DNA of 64,000 bases from Dehalococcoidia bacterium (GTDB taxonomy: Bacteria; Chloroflexota; Dehalococcoidia; GIF9; UBA5629), in assembly GCA_050011565.1 (NCBI GenBank), contig JBEKIW010000001.1, positions 192,001 through 256,000 on the forward strand, written 5' to 3'. The translations under genes and the position numbers were made by a program. The notes below the pieces were generated by a model, which was not told the DNA's origin, made no database searches, and worked only from the letters and a program-made list of their open reading frames with translations. Shown here in pieces: positions 11,931 through 24,313 of the stretch. Position 1 is the stretch's first letter. Each line of letters starts with the position of its first letter.

Positions 11931-13598
11931 TTATTCCCACTCTATAGTGGATGGCGGTTTGCTGGTGATATCGTAGACCACACGGTTGACGCCGGGTACT
12001 TCGTTGACGATGCGGCTGGAAATGCGGGCCAGCAGGTCGTGGGGAAGGCGCGCCCAGTCGGCGGTCATGGCGTCCTGACTGGTCACGGCGCGAATAGCTA
12101 CCAGGTAGCCGTAGGTGCGGAAGTCACCCATGACGCCTACGCTTCTGACATCGGTCAGTATGGCAAAGCTTTGCCATAGCTCGCGATACAGCTTTGCCTT
12201 TTTAATCTCGTTCATGACTATCCAATCGGCGGCTCGGAGTATCTCCAGGCGTTCCTTGGTGACTTCTCCGATGATGCGTATGGCCAGTCCCGGACCGGGG
12301 AACGGCTGACGCCAGACCATATCCTCAGGTAAGCCCAGAGCCAGGCCGACCTCACGGACCTCGTCTTTAAACAGGTAGCGCAGCGGCTCAATCAGAGTGA
12401 GTAACATTTTGGCAGGCAAGCCGCCGACATTGTGATGCGTTTTTATTCTGGCGGCAGCCTTGGTTTCTTTGGAGGTGCTTTCAATGACGTCGGGATAAAG
12501 GGTGCCCTGGGCCAGGAAATCTGTTTTGCCCAGTTTGCCGGCTTTGTATTCAAATACCTTGATGAACTCCTGGCCTATGCGTCGCCGCTTGGCCTCAGGG
12601 TCGATTACACTTTTTAAGCGCCTGAGGAATCTGTCGGTGGCATCTACATAGACCACATTCATTTTTAAGTTATTCCGGAAGGTGTTAAGGGCCCGTTCCG
12701 CCTCCTCACGGCGCAGCAGCCCGTTATTGACAAAGATACAGGTCAGTTGATTACCAATAGCCTGATGGATAAGAGTGGCTGCCACCGCCGAGTCGACGCC
12801 GCCGGACAGGGCGCAGATGACTTTGCCGTCCTTCACCTGCTGCTTTATGGTGCTTATGCTCTCGTTAATGAAGCTGCTCGGAGTCCAGGTGCCCTGGCAG
12901 CCGCATATCCGATAAAGGAAGTTTTGAATTATGGTCTTGCCGTTTGGCGTGTGGGCGACTTCAGGGTGAAACTGCAGGCCATAGATATTGGCCTCATTAC
13001 CTATGACTGCAGCGGGCGAGTTTTCAGTGTAAGCCAGAGCCTTGAATCCCGGCGGCATCTCTACTATATGGTCACCGTGGCTCATCCAGACCGGGATAGA
13101 GGTCGGCAGACCGGTAAAGAGCGGCGACTCTTTATCGCTTATGTGTAAAATCGCCTGACCGTATTCGTGCTTGTCAGCCGGTGCTACCTTACCTCCCAAT
13201 TGGTGAGCGATGGCTTGCATTCCGTAACAGATGCCCAGGATAGGTAGCCGACTGGCATAAAGCTGGGCTGGAGCCAGAGGTGCTTTCGACTGGTAGACAC
13301 TGGCCGGACCACCCGAGAGGATGAAACCCTTAGGTTGCAAAGCCGCTATTTTTTCCCACGGTTCATCGTATGGTATCAATTCGCAGTAGACATGGCACTC
13401 GCGGACCCGCCGGGCAATCAGGTGGCTATACTGAGAGCCAAAATCAATGACAGCTATCGCTTCTCGTGTTCCCGGGGATATGGTTTCTACTTTAGCTTTA
13501 AGTTGCTCGCCCTGAAGTTCCTTGGCGATTTCGAGGTAGGTAGAAACTTCGATGTCGTCGCTGGTAGCTACTCGATGGGTTTTTCTCTTTTTTTCCAT
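11931..13598 (-). CDS. guaA: GMP synthase (glutamine-hydrolysing)
   Basis: [45 protein letters not shown]. Confidence 0.97.
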   Translation of the reverse strand: MEKKRKTHRVATSDDIEVSTYLEIAKELQGEQLKAKVETISPGTREAIAVIDFGSQYSHLIARRVRECHVYCELIPYDEPWEKIAALQPKGFILSGGPASVYQSKAPLAPAQLYASRLPILGICYGMQAIAHQLGGKVAPADKHEYGQAILHISDKESPLFTGLPTSIPVWMSHGDHIVEMPPGFKALAYTENSPAAVIGNEANIYGLQFHPEVAHTPNGKTIIQNFLYRICGCQGTWTPSSFINESISTIKQQVKDGKVICALSGGVDSAVAATLIHQAIGNQLTCIFVNNGLLRREEAERALNTFRNNLKMNVVYVDATDRFLRRLKSVIDPEAKRRRIGQEFIKVFEYKAGKLGKTDFLAQGTLYPDVIESTSKETKAAARIKTHHNVGGLPAKMLLTLIEPLRYLFKDEVREVGLALGLPEDMVWRQPFPGPGLAIRIIGEVTKERLEILRAADWIVMNEIKKAKLYRELWQSFAILTDVRSVGVMGDFRTYGYLVAIRAVTSQDAMTADWARLPHDLLARISSRIVNEVPGVNRVVYDITSKPPSTIEWE

Positions 13599-13878
13599 CT
13601 ATTTGTTGGTTGGCTAAAGTATATCACAGCCCGACGCAACGTACTAAGGTTTTTATACGCCATGTAAATAAAAGCAACGACGGTCACCCGTAGGCGGGTG
13701 ACACGTAGTTAAAAATGACACACAAAGAGTAAAATCCCCCTTTACCCCCCTTTTCCTAAGGGGGGTAAAATCAAAGATAAAAAACCAAAAATCGAAATGA
13801 CAGATAAAAATGTAAACATAAGCTGGGCAGCTACATCGTAAAGGTGTTAAAATATAGGCATGCTGCGGGGTTAAATTT

Positions 13879-14811
13879 ATGAAAACCGGAAGACGTTTGG
13901 TTTTACTTCTCAAATGTGGGTTGGCCGTACTTCTAGTGGCCTGCATTGTCGGTTCGGTCACTTATTTCGGCAAGGCTCATGGCGGGCAGGCAAGCCAGCC
14001 GGCACTTAACTTTGAATCTATGAGCCCTATTGAGCGTCAGGCCTGGGATGTGGCTTCGGAGGTGGCAGGAAGCAGCAAAAAAGCTCAGGAGCAGTTCGTC
14101 AGCCAGTTACTCGACCTTTATTACAAGGTCAAAGACCATGACTTCGCCCTTTTCTATACCGCAGGTGGTTGGGGTAAGAAGCCGCTGGAGGCTGATACTC
14201 AGGGGCAGACCTGGCTGGTCGGAATCGAATCTGAGCTGACCAGTCTTGGATATAATTACTGCGAGATTGAGGATATCCGGACAGGGAAGGGCTTATTAGA
14301 TTATTTCTTTGAACTTAAGGAACAACTAACACATTATCCCTCGAAGGCTAAACAACTGGCAGCCAAGATCGATTTTCTAACCGAGCATGTCAGTGGCTTG
14401 AAGGTGATAATTACCGGACAGAGCAATGGCGCCGCCTTTGCCGGTGAAGTAATCAGCCGTCTGCAAGCAAATCCAGAAGTGTATTCTATTCAAATTGGCA
14501 TTCCTTTCTGGCAAAGGGTTTCTAAAACAGCCCGGTCGTTGGTAATAGACAATAATGGAGTCGGAGCCGATTCCCTGACTAAGCTAGATATTGTCAGACT
14601 TGTCAAGGCTAATCTGGTGAGGCTATTTATATTAAACAAGGCGCCTGCTTTCACGCCCTTCGACTGGCTTGTAACCAGGGCGGTCCTGGTCTTTTTACCC
14701 TATAATTTCGGCCTGGGAATGGAGGCGCCGGGACACGACTATCTGTGGCAATATCCCGGCGTTGGGCCGGTGATTGAATCTTTTCTGGTTAAAAATTTCA
14801 GCCTAAAATAG
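13879..14811 (+). CDS. Hypothetical membrane-anchored protein, possible alpha/beta-hydrolase fold
   Basis: N-terminal TM; IITGQSNGAA nucleophile-elbow-like motif; late PGHDY His. Confidence 0.5.
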   Translation: MKTGRRLVLLLKCGLAVLLVACIVGSVTYFGKAHGGQASQPALNFESMSPIERQAWDVASEVAGSSKKAQEQFVSQLLDLYYKVKDHDFALFYTAGGWGKKPLEADTQGQTWLVGIESELTSLGYNYCEIEDIRTGKGLLDYFFELKEQLTHYPSKAKQLAAKIDFLTEHVSGLKVIITGQSNGAAFAGEVISRLQANPEVYSIQIGIPFWQRVSKTARSLVIDNNGVGADSLTKLDIVRLVKANLVRLFILNKAPAFTPFDWLVTRAVLVFLPYNFGLGMEAPGHDYLWQYPGVGPVIESFLVKNFSLK

Positions 14812-14840
14812 TTGACCTTATCATCAAAGGCGGAATCGAA

Positions 14841-15503
14841 GTGGATAATCTATCCGATCATGCAAAGTTACAGGTTGACAGAGCCATCGAAATACTAAAG
14901 GGCGGAGGCATCGTTGTCTTCCCCACGGATACGGTCTACGGGTTGGGAGGTGACGTATTTAATATCGCGGCGATAGAGCGCATTTATAGAGTTAAGCAAC
15001 GCTCCAGGAATTTACCGCTGCCGGTTTTGCTAGCTGATTCAACTCAACTGGCTGATGTCGTCGCCTCGGTGCCTGAAATAGCCCGTTACTTAATGAGGCG
15101 TTTCTGGCCCGGCGGGTTGACCTTAGTGCTGCCGAAAAAGGATACACTTCCCGATATTATTACTGCCGGTAGCAATAAGATAGCGGTAAGAATCCCCGAC
15201 CATGTTGTCCCACTTACCCTTATTCGCGGGTTGGGTGTGCCTATAATTGGAACCAGCGCTAATATAAGCGATAAGCCCAGCCCGGTGACGGCCGAAGAAG
15301 TGGAACAACAAATTGGCAGCCAGGTTGACCTGATTATCGATATGGGTAGATGTCCCGGCGGATTGGAGTCTACAGTGGTTGACGTTACTGGTGAGATACC
15401 CGTCATTTTGCGTCGAGGAGTCATATCCGAAGAAGAGATTATGCGATTGTATAAAGAATATGCGAGGGAGGTAGATAAAAGTGCGCATTGCTCTGGGTTG
15501 TGA
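14841..15503 (+). CDS. tsaC: L-threonylcarbamoyladenylate synthase (TsaC/Sua5)
   Basis: FPTDTVYGL, FWPGGLTLVL, AVRIPDH, TSANIS, STVVD. Confidence 0.93.
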   Translation: MDNLSDHAKLQVDRAIEILKGGGIVVFPTDTVYGLGGDVFNIAAIERIYRVKQRSRNLPLPVLLADSTQLADVVASVPEIARYLMRRFWPGGLTLVLPKKDTLPDIITAGSNKIAVRIPDHVVPLTLIRGLGVPIIGTSANISDKPSPVTAEEVEQQIGSQVDLIIDMGRCPGGLESTVVDVTGEIPVILRRGVISEEEIMRLYKEYAREVDKSAHCSGL

Positions 15504-15921
15504 CCATCGCGGTTTAGCGCTTAAGCAGACGATTATGAGTCTCCTGGATGAGTTAGGACATGATTACCAGGATTTCGGCGGCTATAGTACTGACCCTGTG
15601 GATTATCCCGATATTGCCAAACAGGTAGCTGAAGCTGTTGTCTCGGGAGACTTCGACCAGGGGATTCTGATTTGCAGCAGCGGCATAGGCATGAGCATAG
15701 CGGCCAACAAGGTAAAGGGCATAAGGGCGGCTTTATGTTGCGGTACGTTAGGCGCCGACCGGGCACGGCGGCATAACGATGCCAATGTTCTTTGTTTGGG
15801 TCAGGATGCCCTCGATACAGCTTCAGCCCTTGATATCGTAAGAGTATATCTTTCCACCGCTTTTGAGGGCGGCAGGCATTTGCGTCGTCTGGAAAAGATA
15901 CGCGGTCTGGAAGCAGCTTAG
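15481..15921 (+). CDS. rpiB: Ribose-5-phosphate isomerase B
   Basis: GCDHRG, DYPD, CSSGIGMSIAANK, HNDANVL, FEGGRH. Confidence 0.95.
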   Translation: MRIALGCDHRGLALKQTIMSLLDELGHDYQDFGGYSTDPVDYPDIAKQVAEAVVSGDFDQGILICSSGIGMSIAANKVKGIRAALCCGTLGADRARRHNDANVLCLGQDALDTASALDIVRVYLSTAFEGGRHLRRLEKIRGLEAA

Positions 15922-16007
15922 CTTGACAATAGCTAGCTGCTATGATAGTTTACTACAATATCCTCACTCTACTGCACTGGCCGTCATTTCAGCATGAGGA
16001 GACAGTT

Positions 16008-17684
16008 TTGAAGACATTGCGTAGTGATAGCGTTAAAAAAGGCATCGAGCGGGCGCCACATCGTGCTTTGCTTCGGGCTGTCGGCGTTAGTCGCGATGAC
16101 TTCTCGAAGCCTTTTGTCGGCGTGGTCAACAGTTTTAATGAGGTTGTGCCTGGCCATATTCATCTGCGAAGCATTGCTGAGGCGGTAAAGTCAGGAATTC
16201 GCAGCCAGGGCGGTGTACCCTTCGAATTCGACACGATCGGTGTTTGTGACGGCATTGCCATGAACCATCCGGGGATGAAGTACAGCCTGCCCAGCCGGGA
16301 ATTGATTGCTGACTCTATAGAGATTATGGTCGAGGCGCACCAGTTTGATGCGCTGGTTTTCATACCGAACTGCGACAAAATCGTGCCCGGCATGCTTATG
16401 GCTGCGGTAAGATTGAATATTCCAGCCATCTTTATCAGTGGCGGCCCGATGCTGGCAGGGCATATGAATCAGGACGGTCAATGCCGAACGGTGGACCTTA
16501 TCTCTGTGTTTAGCGCCGTAGGCAGCGTTGCCAGCGGGAAGATGACGGAGGCTGAGCTTGAGGAAATTGAGATTGCCGCTTGCCCGGGCTGCGGGAGCTG
16601 CTCCGGAATGTATACCGCCAACACCATGAACTGCTTAACCGAGGCGTTGGGCATGGCCTTGCCCGGCAATGGCACCATACCGGCTGTGGACTCAAGGAGA
16701 ATCGTTTTGGCCATGGCGGCAGGTAAGCAAATAATGGCTTTGTGGAAAAAGAACCTGTTACCGAGGGATGTTATTACCAAGGACTCAATTGCCAATGCCT
16801 TCGCCGTCGATATGGCGCTCGGGGGCAGCACGAATTCGGTTTTGCATCTCACAGCGCTGGCCCATGAATCAGGCATCGATTTCCCGCTGTCGGCGATTAA
16901 TAAGATAAGCCAGCGGGTTCCACACATCGTTAAGCTAAGTCCGGTAAGCGATGTCCATATCGAAGACCTCGATTTGGCCGGTGGAATTCCCGCGGTCATG
17001 AATGAGATAGCCGACTTCCTTAATGGCAAGTGTAAGACGGTGTCATTAGCACCGGTGTCGGACATCATAAAGGAAGGTAAAGTTAAAAACCGCGCGGTTA
17101 TCCGTTCGATAGCCGAGCCATTCTCCAAGACCGGTGGTCTGGCAATACTTTTTGGAAACCTGGCGCCTGAAGGAGCAGTGGTCAAGAGCGGTGCAGTTGA
17201 CCCCGAGATGATGGTGCATGAAGGCCCGGCTCGTGTCTTCGACAATGAAGAGGAAGCGACCAAAGGGATAATGAAGGGTGAGATTAAGAAGGGCGATGTC
17301 ATAGTCATTCGATACGAAGGTCCTAAAGGCGGGCCGGGTATGCGCGAAATGCTGACGCCGACCTCGCTGTTGGACGGTATGGGGCTGGATAAGGATGTGG
17401 CACTGATAACGGACGGTAGATTTTCGGGTGGTACCAAAGGAGCTGCCATAGGGCACGTGGCGCCTGAAGCAGCCAGCCGCGGGCCTATAGCCGCAGTTAA
17501 AAAAGGGGATATCATCAGCATAAATATCCCGGAACATAAGCTGGAATTAAAGGTGAGTGACGCAGAGATTAAAAAACGGCTGTCCAGACTACCGGAGTAC
17601 AAGTCTAAGATAAAGACGGGTTACCTGCGCAGATATATTGAAAACGTTGGCTCAGCCAGCACAGGGGCAGTATTCCCTAAATAG
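16008..17684 (+). CDS. ilvD: Dihydroxy-acid dehydratase
   Basis: [33 protein letters not shown]. Start moved to TTG at 16008 after the GAGGAG RBS; TTGACA-N17-TAGTTT at 15923. Confidence 0.96.
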   Translation: MKTLRSDSVKKGIERAPHRALLRAVGVSRDDFSKPFVGVVNSFNEVVPGHIHLRSIAEAVKSGIRSQGGVPFEFDTIGVCDGIAMNHPGMKYSLPSRELIADSIEIMVEAHQFDALVFIPNCDKIVPGMLMAAVRLNIPAIFISGGPMLAGHMNQDGQCRTVDLISVFSAVGSVASGKMTEAELEEIEIAACPGCGSCSGMYTANTMNCLTEALGMALPGNGTIPAVDSRRIVLAMAAGKQIMALWKKNLLPRDVITKDSIANAFAVDMALGGSTNSVLHLTALAHESGIDFPLSAINKISQRVPHIVKLSPVSDVHIEDLDLAGGIPAVMNEIADFLNGKCKTVSLAPVSDIIKEGKVKNRAVIRSIAEPFSKTGGLAILFGNLAPEGAVVKSGAVDPEMMVHEGPARVFDNEEEATKGIMKGEIKKGDVIVIRYEGPKGGPGMREMLTPTSLLDGMGLDKDVALITDGRFSGGTKGAAIGHVAPEAASRGPIAAVKKGDIISINIPEHKLELKVSDAEIKKRLSRLPEYKSKIKTGYLRRYIENVGSASTGAVFPK

Positions 17685-17693
17685 GAGACATTT

Positions 17694-19394
17694 ATGAAGA
17701 AGACCGGTGCCCAGATTCTATGCGAAAGCCTGCTCAAGGAAGGCGTTGAAGTCATTTTTGGCTTTCCCGGCGGAGCGGTATTGCCTTTGTATGATACTTT
17801 GCCGCAATACCCGAAACTCAGGCATATTCTAGTTCGTCACGAGCAGGCCGCAGCTCATGCTGCCGACGGCTATGCCCGAGCTACGGGAAAAGCCGGTGTA
17901 TGTCTGGCAACCTCAGGTCCGGGAGCTACTAATCTGGTAACTGGAATCGCCAATGCCTGCCTGGATTCATCTCCTGTGGTGGCTATTACCGGTCAGGTAG
18001 CCAGACCTTTCATTGGCAAAGATGCTTTTCAGGAGATAGATATTACCGGCATTACACTGCCTATTACCAAGCACAACTATCTGGTGTCTGATGCTAAGGA
18101 TTTGGCTACGATTGTTAAGGAAGCTTTTTACATAGCCCAAACCGGCAGACCTGGTCCGGTGCTTATCGATATACCGCGTGATGTCTTTCAGCAAGAAGCG
18201 GAGTTTACTTATCCGGAAAAGGTTAATTTGCCCGGGTACAAACCGACGCTCTTCGGACATCCGGCACAGATCAAGAGAGCAGCCGAGGTAATAAACGCCG
18301 CCGAGCGTCCTATCATTATTGCCGGTAGGGGTGTGATAATCTCCAGGGCTTTCGATGCGCTTAAGGGGCTGGCGGAACGTGCGCAGATACCGGTGGTCAC
18401 GACTCTTCTGGGAATCGGCTGTTTTCCAGAAACTCATGTATTAAGCTTTGGTTGGTTGGGTATGCACGGTATGGCTTATGCCAACAAGGCGGTACACCAT
18501 TCCGACGTTATCGTTGCTATCGGGATGCGGTTCGATGACCGGGCTACGGGCGTGGTCAGCCACTTTGCGCCGAAGGCTCGCGTTATTCATATAGATATCG
18601 ACCCGGCTGAGATAGGCAAGAATGTACAGGTTGACGTACCTATTGTCGGTGACGTTAAGAATGTTCTTGAGGTTTTGAATCAGCAAATTGTGCCTCGTGA
18701 ACATCTGGACTGGTTTAATCAAGTGGATAAGTGGCGAGACGAACATCCGGCATTGGAGATCAGGGAATGTGATTCTCTTTTGCCACAGTATGTTATTCGC
18801 CAGATTTATGAGGTCACTAAAGGCGATGCCATTATTGTCACCGGTGTCGGTCAAAATCAGATGTGGGCGGCTCAGTTTTATTTCTATGATAAGCCGAATA
18901 GTTTTATTTCTTCAGGCGGTTTGGGGACTATGGGCTTTGAGCTTCCCGGTGCGATGGGTGCCAAAGTAGGTCAGCCTGATGAAACGGTCTGGTGTATTGC
19001 CGGCGACGGTGGCTTTCAGATGACGATACAGGAATTAGCTACGGTGGTACAGGAAAACATAGCCGTCAAGATAGCTATCATAAACAATGGATTTTTAGGT
19101 ATGGTAAGGCAATGGCAGCAGTTATTTTATGGGCGGCGATACGTTCACACGCCGCTTTCCGGGCCGGATTTCGTTAAGATAGCAGAAGCTTACGGCGTAC
19201 CGGCAATGAGAGTGTCCGATAAGAAGCTGGTGGTCTCATCGATAGAAAAAGCGATGGACCATAACGGCCCGTTCTTGCTGGATTTTGTTGTTGAACCTGA
19301 GGAGAATGTTTTCCCCATAGTACCGCCGGGAGCAGCATTGGTCGATGCTATGGAAATGCCGATTCCAGAAAAAGTGACTCGTTCAAGTAAGTGA
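17694..19394 (+). CDS. ilvB: Acetolactate synthase large subunit
   Basis: FGFPGG, RHEQ, TSGPGATN, GMHG, GDGGFQM. Confidence 0.96.
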   Translation: MKKTGAQILCESLLKEGVEVIFGFPGGAVLPLYDTLPQYPKLRHILVRHEQAAAHAADGYARATGKAGVCLATSGPGATNLVTGIANACLDSSPVVAITGQVARPFIGKDAFQEIDITGITLPITKHNYLVSDAKDLATIVKEAFYIAQTGRPGPVLIDIPRDVFQQEAEFTYPEKVNLPGYKPTLFGHPAQIKRAAEVINAAERPIIIAGRGVIISRAFDALKGLAERAQIPVVTTLLGIGCFPETHVLSFGWLGMHGMAYANKAVHHSDVIVAIGMRFDDRATGVVSHFAPKARVIHIDIDPAEIGKNVQVDVPIVGDVKNVLEVLNQQIVPREHLDWFNQVDKWRDEHPALEIRECDSLLPQYVIRQIYEVTKGDAIIVTGVGQNQMWAAQFYFYDKPNSFISSGGLGTMGFELPGAMGAKVGQPDETVWCIAGDGGFQMTIQELATVVQENIAVKIAIINNGFLGMVRQWQQLFYGRRYVHTPLSGPDFVKIAEAYGVPAMRVSDKKLVVSSIEKAMDHNGPFLLDFVVEPEENVFPIVPPGAALVDAMEMPIPEKVTRSSK

Positions 19395-19426
19395 GTTTAG
19401 AACAGAACGAGAGGAGGACGAGGTCA

Positions 19427-20008
19427 TTGTCTAATACGAAACACACATTAGTTGCGTTAGTAGAAGATAAACCGGGAGTGCTTAACCGGGTGTCAAGCCT
19501 TTTACGTCGACGTAACTTTAACATCGACAGCATAGCTGTAGGACACACCGAGCAACCGAATCTGTCCCGAATGACCATCATCGTGGAAGGCGACGATGCC
19601 AAGGTGGAGCAGGCACGGAAACAACTGGATAAGGTTATAGAAGTGGTTAAGATAGTTGACATAACTAGTAACGAGTCAGTAGCTCGAGAGCTGGCTCTGG
19701 TTAAAGTTAAAGCAACTGCTTCCTCACGCAATGAGATCATCCAGATAGTAGATATTTTTAGGGCTAATATAGTCGATGTCTCTTCTGATTCTGTAATGGT
19801 GGAGGTCACTGGAGATGAAAACAAGGTCAACTCTCTCCTGGAACTTCTGCGTGGCTTTGGTATCAGAGAGATAGCCAGGACGGGTCGCATCGCTGTAACT
19901 CGAGGTGGCGCCGGTCCGTTGCAGGTTGAGGAGCCGAGGGAGACGAAAGTATCAAAGCAATTACCGAAAGCACTGCCGCCGGAAGCCGACATCCCACCGG
20001 ACTGGTAA
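19427..20008 (+). CDS. ilvN: Acetolactate synthase small subunit
   Basis: ACT domain VEDKPGVLNRV..RRNFNIDS, ELALVKV, EIARTG; TTG start after GAGG. Confidence 0.94.
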   Translation: MSNTKHTLVALVEDKPGVLNRVSSLLRRRNFNIDSIAVGHTEQPNLSRMTIIVEGDDAKVEQARKQLDKVIEVVKIVDITSNESVARELALVKVKATASSRNEIIQIVDIFRANIVDVSSDSVMVEVTGDENKVNSLLELLRGFGIREIARTGRIAVTRGGAGPLQVEEPRETKVSKQLPKALPPEADIPPDW

Positions 20009-20066
20009 CGGCACGAAAATAATCAAATCCGGTAGTACGCATAGAATAAATATTTAAGGAGGTATC

Positions 20067-21059
20067 ATGGCTAAAATTTATTATGAGAAGGACGCCAAGT
20101 TAGACTTACTTAAGGGCAAGAAAATTGGCATCATTGGTTTTGGTTCGCAGGGGCATGCCCATGCCCAGAACCTGAGAGATAGTGGCTGTCAGGTGCTCGT
20201 TGCCGAGGCGAAAGATACCGAGGGCTGGAAGAGCGCCAAAAAGGCAGGCTTCAAGGTGACCGATGCTGCTACAGTCGCCAGGGAAGCAGACATAATCGTC
20301 ATGCTTGTCCCCGATACTCTGCAGCCTAAGGTTTATCGTGAAGCGATTCAAAAGGAGCTGTCATCGGGTAAGATGCTGATGTTTGCCCATGGGTTTAATA
20401 TTCATTTCGGGCAGATTTTACCGCCCTCTAATGTAGATGTGACCATGATTGCGCCAAAGTGTCCGGGGCATATGCTGCGGCGGCTTTATACAGAGGGTAC
20501 GGGGGCGCCGGCTCTGGTGGCTGTATATCAGGATGCTTCGGGCAAGGCGAAAAATATTGCCTTAGCTTATGCCAGAGGCCTGGGTTGCGCTAAGGCCGGT
20601 GTGTTGGAGACCACCTTTGCTGAGGAAACAGAGACCGACCTTTTCGGGGAGCAGACAGTGCTCTGCGGTGGAGTTACCTCTATGGTCAAGGCCGGATTTG
20701 AGACGCTGGTGGAAGCTGGATACCAGCCGGAAATCGCCTATTTCGAATGCTTCCATGAGCTGAAACTTATAGTCGACCTGTTGTATCAGGGTGGCTTAAG
20801 CTATATGCGTTACTCCGTGAGCGATACTGCCGAGTATGGTGATTACACCCGTGGGCCGAGGATCATCGATGAATTGACTAAGGATAGGATGAGACAAATT
20901 CTTGCTGAAATCCAGACCGGCAGCTTTGCCAGGGAGTGGATTCTGGAAAACCAGGCAGGACGTCCCGTATACAATGCTCTGAGGAAAATGGATGCTGAAC
21001 ACCAGATTGAAATCGTGGGTAAGAAATTGAGAAGTATGATGCCATGGCTAAAGACTTAG
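20067..21059 (+). CDS. ilvC: Ketol-acid reductoisomerase
   Basis: [33 protein letters not shown]. Confidence 0.97.
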   Translation: MAKIYYEKDAKLDLLKGKKIGIIGFGSQGHAHAQNLRDSGCQVLVAEAKDTEGWKSAKKAGFKVTDAATVAREADIIVMLVPDTLQPKVYREAIQKELSSGKMLMFAHGFNIHFGQILPPSNVDVTMIAPKCPGHMLRRLYTEGTGAPALVAVYQDASGKAKNIALAYARGLGCAKAGVLETTFAEETETDLFGEQTVLCGGVTSMVKAGFETLVEAGYQPEIAYFECFHELKLIVDLLYQGGLSYMRYSVSDTAEYGDYTRGPRIIDELTKDRMRQILAEIQTGSFAREWILENQAGRPVYNALRKMDAEHQIEIVGKKLRSMMPWLKT

Positions 21060-21073
21060 ATTAACGGCGGAAG

Positions 21074-22594
21074 ATGGACAAAGTTATTATTTTCGATACT
21101 ACTTTGCGTGATGGCGAGCAGGCAGCCGGGGCGGCACTGAGCGTCCAGGATAAGCTGGATATTGCCAAGCAACTGGAAAAGCTAGGCATCGATATTATTG
21201 AAGCCGGCTTTCCTATAAGCTCGCCGGGAGACTTCGAAGCGGTTCAGCTTATAGCCAGGGAAATTAAAAAGTCATCAGTGTGTGCCCTGGCCCATGCCAA
21301 CACTGAAGCCATAGATAGGGCATGGGAGGCCGTTAAAAAAGCCAAAAAACCTCGAATTCATATCTTCCTATCTGCTTCCGATATACATCTTCTTTATCAG
21401 CTGAAGAAGACTCGCGAGGAGATTCTGGAAATTTCACGCGAAATGGTAGCGCGGGCCAAGAAATATACGGATGACGTGGAGTTCTCGCCAATGGATGCCA
21501 GCCGAACTGAGCCGGCATACATTTATCGTATAGCAGAGGCGGTTATTAAGGCTGGCGCGACTACGTTAAATATTCCGGACACAGTCGGTTATGCCACGCC
21601 TCAAGAGTTTGGCGATTTGATTGAAGGTATATTTAAGAACGTGCCTAATATTGATAAGGCTGTGGTTAGTGTACATTGCCACAATGATTTGGGATTGGCA
21701 GTAGCCAATAGCCTGGAAGCGATACGAAGAGGTGCGCGACAGGTTGAATGTACTGTCAATGGCATAGGTGAGCGAGCCGGTAACGCTGCCATGGAAGAGA
21801 TTATCATGGCGCTTAAAACCAGAAGTGACTTTTATCATTTAACCTCTAATATTGATACCACCCACATTTATAAGACGAGCCGGCTGGTGAGCGAGCTTAC
21901 CGGATTTGCTGTTCAGCCTAACAAAGCTATTATCGGTGCCAATGCCTTCCGCCATGAATCAGGTATCCATCAGGATGGGGTGATTAAAAAAGCGATTACC
22001 TATGAGATTATGGACCCGAAATCAGTTGGTATTCCGTCTAGCAGCCTGGTACTGGGTAAGTTGAGCGGTCGGCATGCTTTTAAAGAGCGGCTGGCTGAAC
22101 TGGGTTATATTATGGATGAGGAATCATTAAAACATGCCTTCCAAGCCTTTAAGGAATTAGCCGATAAAAAGCGGGAAATCACTGACCGTGACATTGAATC
22201 TCTGATAGCTGAAGAACTGCGCACTGTTTCCGAGGTTTATCATCTCGACCACATTGAGGTTTCATGCGGTAATCACAACATTCCCACGGCTACGGTTAGA
22301 CTAATAGCTCCTGATGGCAAGGCTGTGGCTGATGCTGCTCTGGGTACCGGACCGGTGGATGCCGTATATGAAGCCATTAATCGAATAGTCAAGGTATCTA
22401 ATAAGCTTACTGAGTTCACTGTGAAATCAGTTACGGAAGGTATTGATGCTATCGGTGAGGTGCTTATCAGGATTGAGAGCGATGGTGTAAGTTATTCCGG
22501 GCGTGGTGCCGACACGGACATTATCGTTGCCAGCGCTAAAGCCTATATGAATGCTCTTAACCGGCTCCTGGCGGTCAAGAAAGTAAGAAAGTAA
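21074..22594 (+). CDS. leuA: 2-isopropylmalate synthase
   Basis: [40 protein letters not shown] regulatory domain. Confidence 0.96.
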   Translation: MDKVIIFDTTLRDGEQAAGAALSVQDKLDIAKQLEKLGIDIIEAGFPISSPGDFEAVQLIAREIKKSSVCALAHANTEAIDRAWEAVKKAKKPRIHIFLSASDIHLLYQLKKTREEILEISREMVARAKKYTDDVEFSPMDASRTEPAYIYRIAEAVIKAGATTLNIPDTVGYATPQEFGDLIEGIFKNVPNIDKAVVSVHCHNDLGLAVANSLEAIRRGARQVECTVNGIGERAGNAAMEEIIMALKTRSDFYHLTSNIDTTHIYKTSRLVSELTGFAVQPNKAIIGANAFRHESGIHQDGVIKKAITYEIMDPKSVGIPSSSLVLGKLSGRHAFKERLAELGYIMDEESLKHAFQAFKELADKKREITDRDIESLIAEELRTVSEVYHLDHIEVSCGNHNIPTATVRLIAPDGKAVADAALGTGPVDAVYEAINRIVKVSNKLTEFTVKSVTEGIDAIGEVLIRIESDGVSYSGRGADTDIIVASAKAYMNALNRLLAVKKVRK

Positions 22595-22603
22595 GAGACG
22601 TGC

Positions 22604-23008
22604 ATGAACACGTTATTAGATATAATCCTTCGCCTGCTACTGGCGGCAGCACTGGGAGCTGGTATCGGTTACCAGCGGGAGCGGGCTAATAAGCCTGCAG
22701 GACTGCGTACCCATATTTTGATTTCTCTGGGCTCCGCCCTGTTCACTGTAGTCTCAATATTCGGTTTCGGTAACGGAGTAGACCCCTCTCGAGTCGCTGC
22801 TGGAGTGGTGACTGGTATCGGCTTCATAGGTGCCGGGGTGATACTACGTGGTGTACGTGGCGAACATGTAGTTGGCTTGACTACTGCGGCTAGTATATGG
22901 GCCGTAGCGGCTATAGGGATGGCGGCTGGTGTCGGTATGTATCTAATAGCGACTATCGTGACGGTAATCGCTGTGCTCGTGCTCATGATTCCCACGGTGA
23001 AAGGATGA
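22604..23008 (+). CDS. MgtC/SapB family membrane protein
   Basis: AGLRTH, DPSRVAAGVVTGIGFIGAG, GLTTAASIW. Confidence 0.92.
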   Translation: MNTLLDIILRLLLAAALGAGIGYQRERANKPAGLRTHILISLGSALFTVVSIFGFGNGVDPSRVAAGVVTGIGFIGAGVILRGVRGEHVVGLTTAASIWAVAAIGMAAGVGMYLIATIVTVIAVLVLMIPTVKG

Positions 23009-23032
23009 GTTGGGGAACTGAGGTGATGAATT

Positions 23033-24289
23033 TTGACTTTAGCTGAGAAGATTCTGGCAGCTCATTCGGGCTTAGATAGAGTCAGCCCTGGCGAATTTAT
23101 AAACGTCAGGGTTGATTTGGTTTTGTCCAATGATATCACGGCTCCTCTGTCGATAAAAGAGTTCCAGCGACTGGGAGTGAACAGGGTATATGACCCGAAA
23201 AGGGTAGTGATGGTGCCCGACCATTTTTGCCCCAATAAAGATATACTCTCCGCTGAGCAAGCCAAGATGATGCGTGAGTTTGCCCGGCAATATGACTTGC
23301 TTTATTTTGAAGTCGGCAGGATGGGCATCGAGCATGTGCTTTTGCCGGAGCAGGGCCTTGTCTTGCCCGGAGAAGTAGTTGTTGGCGCCGATTCTCACAC
23401 CTGCACCTATGGAGCCTTGGGTGCCTTGGCCACGGGTATGGGGTCGACTGATATTGCTGTGGCTATGGCTACCGGCGAGATATGGATGAAGGTACCGCCG
23501 ACCATAAAGTTTGTCTACCATGGAAAGCTGGGGAAATGGGTGGGTGGCAAGGACCTTATCCTTTATACCATAGGCGATATCGGCGTTGATGGCGCTCTTT
23601 ATTCGGTTATGGAGTTTACCGGCGAGGCGATTGATGCTCTATCCATGGACGGACGTTTCACCATGGCGAATATGGCGATTGAGGCTGGGGCTAAAGCCGG
23701 TATCTTCAGGGTGGACGGTAAGACGCGGCGATATGTTAAAGGTAGAGCTAGTCGTTCATACACAGCTTATGAACTGGATGATGATGCGGAATACGCCAGA
23801 GTAATTGAGTATGATGTATCCAAAATTGAGCCGCAAATAGCTTTGCCGCACCTGCCTTCCAACGTGAAGCCGGTAAGCCAGGTAGTTGACGTAAAGATTG
23901 ACCAGGTGGTCATCGGCAGTTGCACCAATGGGCGTCTCGATGACCTGAGGTTAGCTGCCAGCATACTTAAGGGCAGGCAGGTTAGCACTGAGGTGAGGTG
24001 CATCATCATTCCCGGCACACAGCAAGTATATCTTGACGCGCTCCATGAAGGCTTGATAGAGGCTTTCATTAAAGCCGGGGCAGTGGTTAGTACGCCTACC
24101 TGCGGCCCCTGCCTAGGAGGATATATGGGAGTATTGGCTGCGGGTGAGCGGTGTGTGTCGACTACCAACCGGAACTTCATTGGCAGGATGGGCAGCCCTC
24201 AGTCGGAAGTCTATCTGGCAAATCCAGCAGTCGCCGTCGCCAGTGCCGTTGTGGGGAAGATTGCCAGCCCGGTAGAGATTGTAGGCTAA
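23033..24289 (+). CDS. leuC: 3-isopropylmalate dehydratase large subunit
   Basis: [32 protein letters not shown]. Confidence 0.94.
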   Translation: MTLAEKILAAHSGLDRVSPGEFINVRVDLVLSNDITAPLSIKEFQRLGVNRVYDPKRVVMVPDHFCPNKDILSAEQAKMMREFARQYDLLYFEVGRMGIEHVLLPEQGLVLPGEVVVGADSHTCTYGALGALATGMGSTDIAVAMATGEIWMKVPPTIKFVYHGKLGKWVGGKDLILYTIGDIGVDGALYSVMEFTGEAIDALSMDGRFTMANMAIEAGAKAGIFRVDGKTRRYVKGRASRSYTAYELDDDAEYARVIEYDVSKIEPQIALPHLPSNVKPVSQVVDVKIDQVVIGSCTNGRLDDLRLAASILKGRQVSTEVRCIIIPGTQQVYLDALHEGLIEAFIKAGAVVSTPTCGPCLGGYMGVLAAGERCVSTTNRNFIGRMGSPQSEVYLANPAVAVASAVVGKIASPVEIVG

Positions 24290-24313
24290 TACCCGGGTAA
24301 AAGGGGGACCATT

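Noticed and set aside
10874-11931. Possible island at the guaA 3' end
   Set aside because: guaA is a known hotspot, but I found no duplicated guaA end or integrase.
15942-16007. Possible attenuator leader peptide upstream of ilvD
   Set aside because: In frame with ilvD, overlaps the predicted -10, and has no terminator/antiterminator or T-box structure.
16478-17602. 374-aa antisense ORF and similar long antisense ORFs over ilv/leu, yebC, uvrB and AOR
   Set aside because: Shadow frames of well-conserved genes; no recognisable motifs or RBS.
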